A DNA stretch of 49,180 nucleotides, counting the filler, from Bipalium vagum (Eukaryota), in assembly GCA_037834085.1 (NCBI GenBank). It is 2 parts of 2 records of this genome, joined end to end, with 100 filler letters (N's around TTAATTAATTAA, not from the genome) between each part and the next. Parts side by side here need not be neighbours in the genome. Positions count along the whole stretch, not along the records: positions 26,610 to 49,180 come from JBBMKC010219798.1; 1 more part is not named here. One strand, given 5' to 3'. Below, one piece after another: positions 48,430 to 49,180 of this stretch. Position 1 is the stretch's first letter, and each line of letters begins with the position of its first letter. A program made the translations under genes and the position numbers. The notes beneath the pieces are model-generated. The model was not told the DNA's origin, searched no databases, and worked only from the letters and a program-made list of their open reading frames with translations.

Positions 48430-49180
48430 AAATTTTAAAATTTTTTTAAGTCAATTGTAAAACTAACATCTTCTCCATTAAAATCTATAATTTTCGCATC
48501 TTAATCTTTAATTTTAAATCTTATTTCATTAATATTTTCATTATTAAAAGAAAATAAATTGGAAATTTTGGTCTTTCAATTATTCAAGATCCTCTTGAAC
48601 ATTGTTTGAAGGAAAATCAAAAATATTATTTGTTTTTCTCCCATTAAAAACCCCCCCCATTTGCAATATTACATTCAATCATATTCTATTAATTTTTTTA
48701 ATTTTAACTGTTTTAGATTTATGATTTCCTTCCTTATAAGTTTCATTTAATTCGAGTCCTAATTAATCACCTAATGAGTTTTCCTTAGGAAATGAGACAC
48801 TACATCCTTTTTCTATTTTCATTATACAGTTTAAAGAAATTAGATTTGCTTTTATTTGTATATAAAACTGTTTATCTTTTAAAGGTTCTAAATCTAATCA
48901 TCTTTAAATCCATTCTCTATATATTTTGATATTTCAAAAACTTCGTATGATCCCAGAGTTTATTTTAATTTCATAGTTTTATTCTTTCCTTTGGAATCTG
49001 TCACAGCTACATCTATTCTATTATTATTTTCTGTAGATTAGAATTATAAATTGAAAAATAAACTACAGCTAATTCATAGTTTAAATTTGGATTAAGAATT
49101 AGTGGAGTTTCAAAAGTGTAGGTTATATCTGATTTTTTAGTTTCTACCATAAATGATGTTGAAAATTTATTTGATAATTG
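48430..49180 (-). pseudogene. Maverick minor capsid (penton-like) protein, decayed
   Basis: 'PLILNPNLNYELAVVYFSIYNS', 'GSYEVFEISKYI', 'SLGD*LG', 'IECNIANGGVFNG', 'INEIRF...IDFNGEDV'. Confidence 0.8.

Larger units (their letters stand above)
43500..49180. mobile_element. Decayed, internally deleted Maverick/Polinton (adintovirus-like), continuing past the right edge
   Basis: Cluster of pseudogenised pPolB, major capsid, packaging ATPase, minor capsid and accessory ORFs, listed separately. TIR not found. Confidence 0.9.

Noticed and set aside
1-49180. CRISPR arrays, operons, rRNA, complete tRNA or spliced-leader RNA genes
   Set aside because: None seen; the sequence is eukaryotic and its repeats are microsatellites or TE termini.

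Overview
Very AT-rich animal genomic DNA with 40-50 nt GT-AG introns. The host is most likely a flatworm, probably a triclad planarian; this is inferred from the FAS1 protein and the TE content, not proven. The window is two contigs joined by a synthetic 100-nt linker (44 N + TTAATTAATTAA + 44 N, 26510-26609). Four host genes are supported: a secreted EMI+FAS1 (fasciclin/periostin-like) gene (-), a six-exon casein kinase 1-like gene (+), a three-exon Mediator subunit MED8 (+) that the ORF track mostly misses, and an intronless 1577-aa ABCA-type transporter (-) whose two nucleotide-binding domains have both lost the catalytic residues. The rest is decayed mobile DNA: four mariners, a maT/DD37D element, a DD37E element nested in a MITE, Tigger/pogo derivatives, a Chapaev3 element, an RLE non-LTR 3' fragment, LTR-like pieces, a tRNA-Ala half, two orphan virus-like decayed ORFs, and an internally deleted Maverick/Polinton running off the right edge. 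The best candidates for something new are the intact single-exon ABCA pseudo-ATPase and the orphan virus-like ORFs.
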